This document shows, piece by piece, positions 62,784 through 64,000 of a DNA stretch of 64,000 nt. Both the position numbers and the translations under genes were made by a program. The first letter of the stretch is position 1; each line of letters opens with the position of its first letter. The stretch lies in assembly GCA_965113315.1 (NCBI GenBank), contig OZ220366.1, one strand, 5' to 3'. Source of the DNA: Podarcis vaucheri. Taxonomy: Eukaryota. Under the pieces are notes generated by a model, which searched no databases, was not told the DNA's origin, and was given only the letters and a program-made list of their open reading frames with translations.

Positions 62784-64000
62784 GAATAGCTCTTGACTAG
62801 GCTGTTAGAAACACTGCTCTCTTTTATAAGGATTCTGGTGGTTTAACTCTTTCTAACCCATGTATTTTTCCTACTGAAAATTCCTCCATGTCTGTTACTT
62901 GCTCTTCAGGTTTTCCATTGCAGAAAATGACATCTTCAGGGGGATATAACAGTTTCTGGAGGTGATTTTTATCAGAAATGGACCCAGGGAAAGGCTTAAT
63001 TTACCCCAGCATGGTGGTCCTTATTGTACTATCTCCTCCCCCATGTTTGAAAATTAAATGTGGAGGGGAGAATGGGAAGGAAGGTGATGTGTGTCATGTC
63101 TAAACTGATCCTAATGTTGTTTGTATTGGTGCTTAGAAGATATCAACCAGTAAAAAAGTGTATTTTCATGCACTGAGACTGAAGACATTGTATAAAGGTT
63201 TTCAGATATATAAATCATTAGGACAGGTAATTTAACAGCATTTGTTTTATAAATTATGGAGTGTAATAGAATACACCAGCAGCAAAAAATAAGATCTAGG
63301 CAGATAATGGCCTATTTATTTCCACCCTTACCAGGGAAGTGATTTCATTTCATATGTAGATGAAGAATATGCTATAAAACATATCACACAAGAAGGCAAT
63401 CAACAATCTTTGTGACAAAAATAATCATTCATGGTGTCTTCATCAGAAATTAATAGCAAAGCTATATTAACAACCCTGTCCTATTCCCAGGAAGAGGCAA
63501 TGCATACAAATAGCATTTCCTTTTCTCAATAAGCATGTGAAGTGTTCAGAATTATAGGTAGGTGATCTAGTCATTAAAATATGTTTATGAAATGATCTGA
63601 GTGTGCAATTATGTATTTATGTTCAAAATGTATGTGCTTCTCTCCAACATGTTTTAAAGTGGCTTACAACAACCAATATATGATGTGGTTATGTGCTGAA
63701 AGCCAAGTGGATCTCATTCTGACCGCGACTTGGATGGGAGGGAAATTGAGAGCCTTGTGGGAGCTGCTTTGAACATCATAGATGATAACAATATTACAAA
63801 AAGGAATGGTATCCCACCATGATGTCTCCCATAGCATCTTCAAAGAAGGAAGTCTCTTTTGAATCATACGTGCTTTGAGAGGCTGGCCCTTTTATACAGT
63901 CTGTAAAGACTGGTCTTTTAGACAGGCATCATGTAAAGAATGTTGGTTTGTCTCCAATGAATTTTTATTGGCCACATTTTGTTTTCACTGCTGGTTTTAT

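Noticed and set aside
1-64000. Most 60-145-aa ORFs in the six-frame track as genes
   Set aside because: This is vertebrate non-coding DNA. The ORFs have no recognisable domains, or are antisense/alternate frames of SINEs and LINEs, microsatellite translations (poly-I/N/L) or N-gap artefacts.

Overview
Eukaryotic, repeat-rich non-coding DNA (large intron or gene desert) from a squamate, most likely a lacertid lizard. The inference rests on Podarcis-type Sauria SINEs, CTT-tailed Squam3-type SINEs and Bov-B fragments. I could not support any host protein-coding exon. The meaningful ORFs in the track are 3' fragments of LINEs (Bov-B/RTE, L2, CR1, Rex1/Babar) plus a probable L1 ORF1 scrap. There are many hAT and Tc1/mariner MITEs with TIRs and TSDs, several microsatellites, a 200-N assembly gap, and repeat-free stretches that look like conserved enhancers. 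Three signals stand out. (1) Two inverted copies of an ~800-bp element (56432-57455 +, 58987-59788 -) both inserted without a TSD at an AA dinucleotide. Their reconstructed circle junction folds into a long hairpin, suggesting a tyrosine-recombinase (DIRS/Ngaro-like) retroelement with a folded att-like site. (2) That element carries an ENE-like U5/U5 internal-loop stem, which is also present with a compensatory base change in an older relative at ~37.9 kb. (3) Penelope-like remnants carry three minimal hammerhead ribozyme motifs. Family names come from sequence recognition, not database searches.
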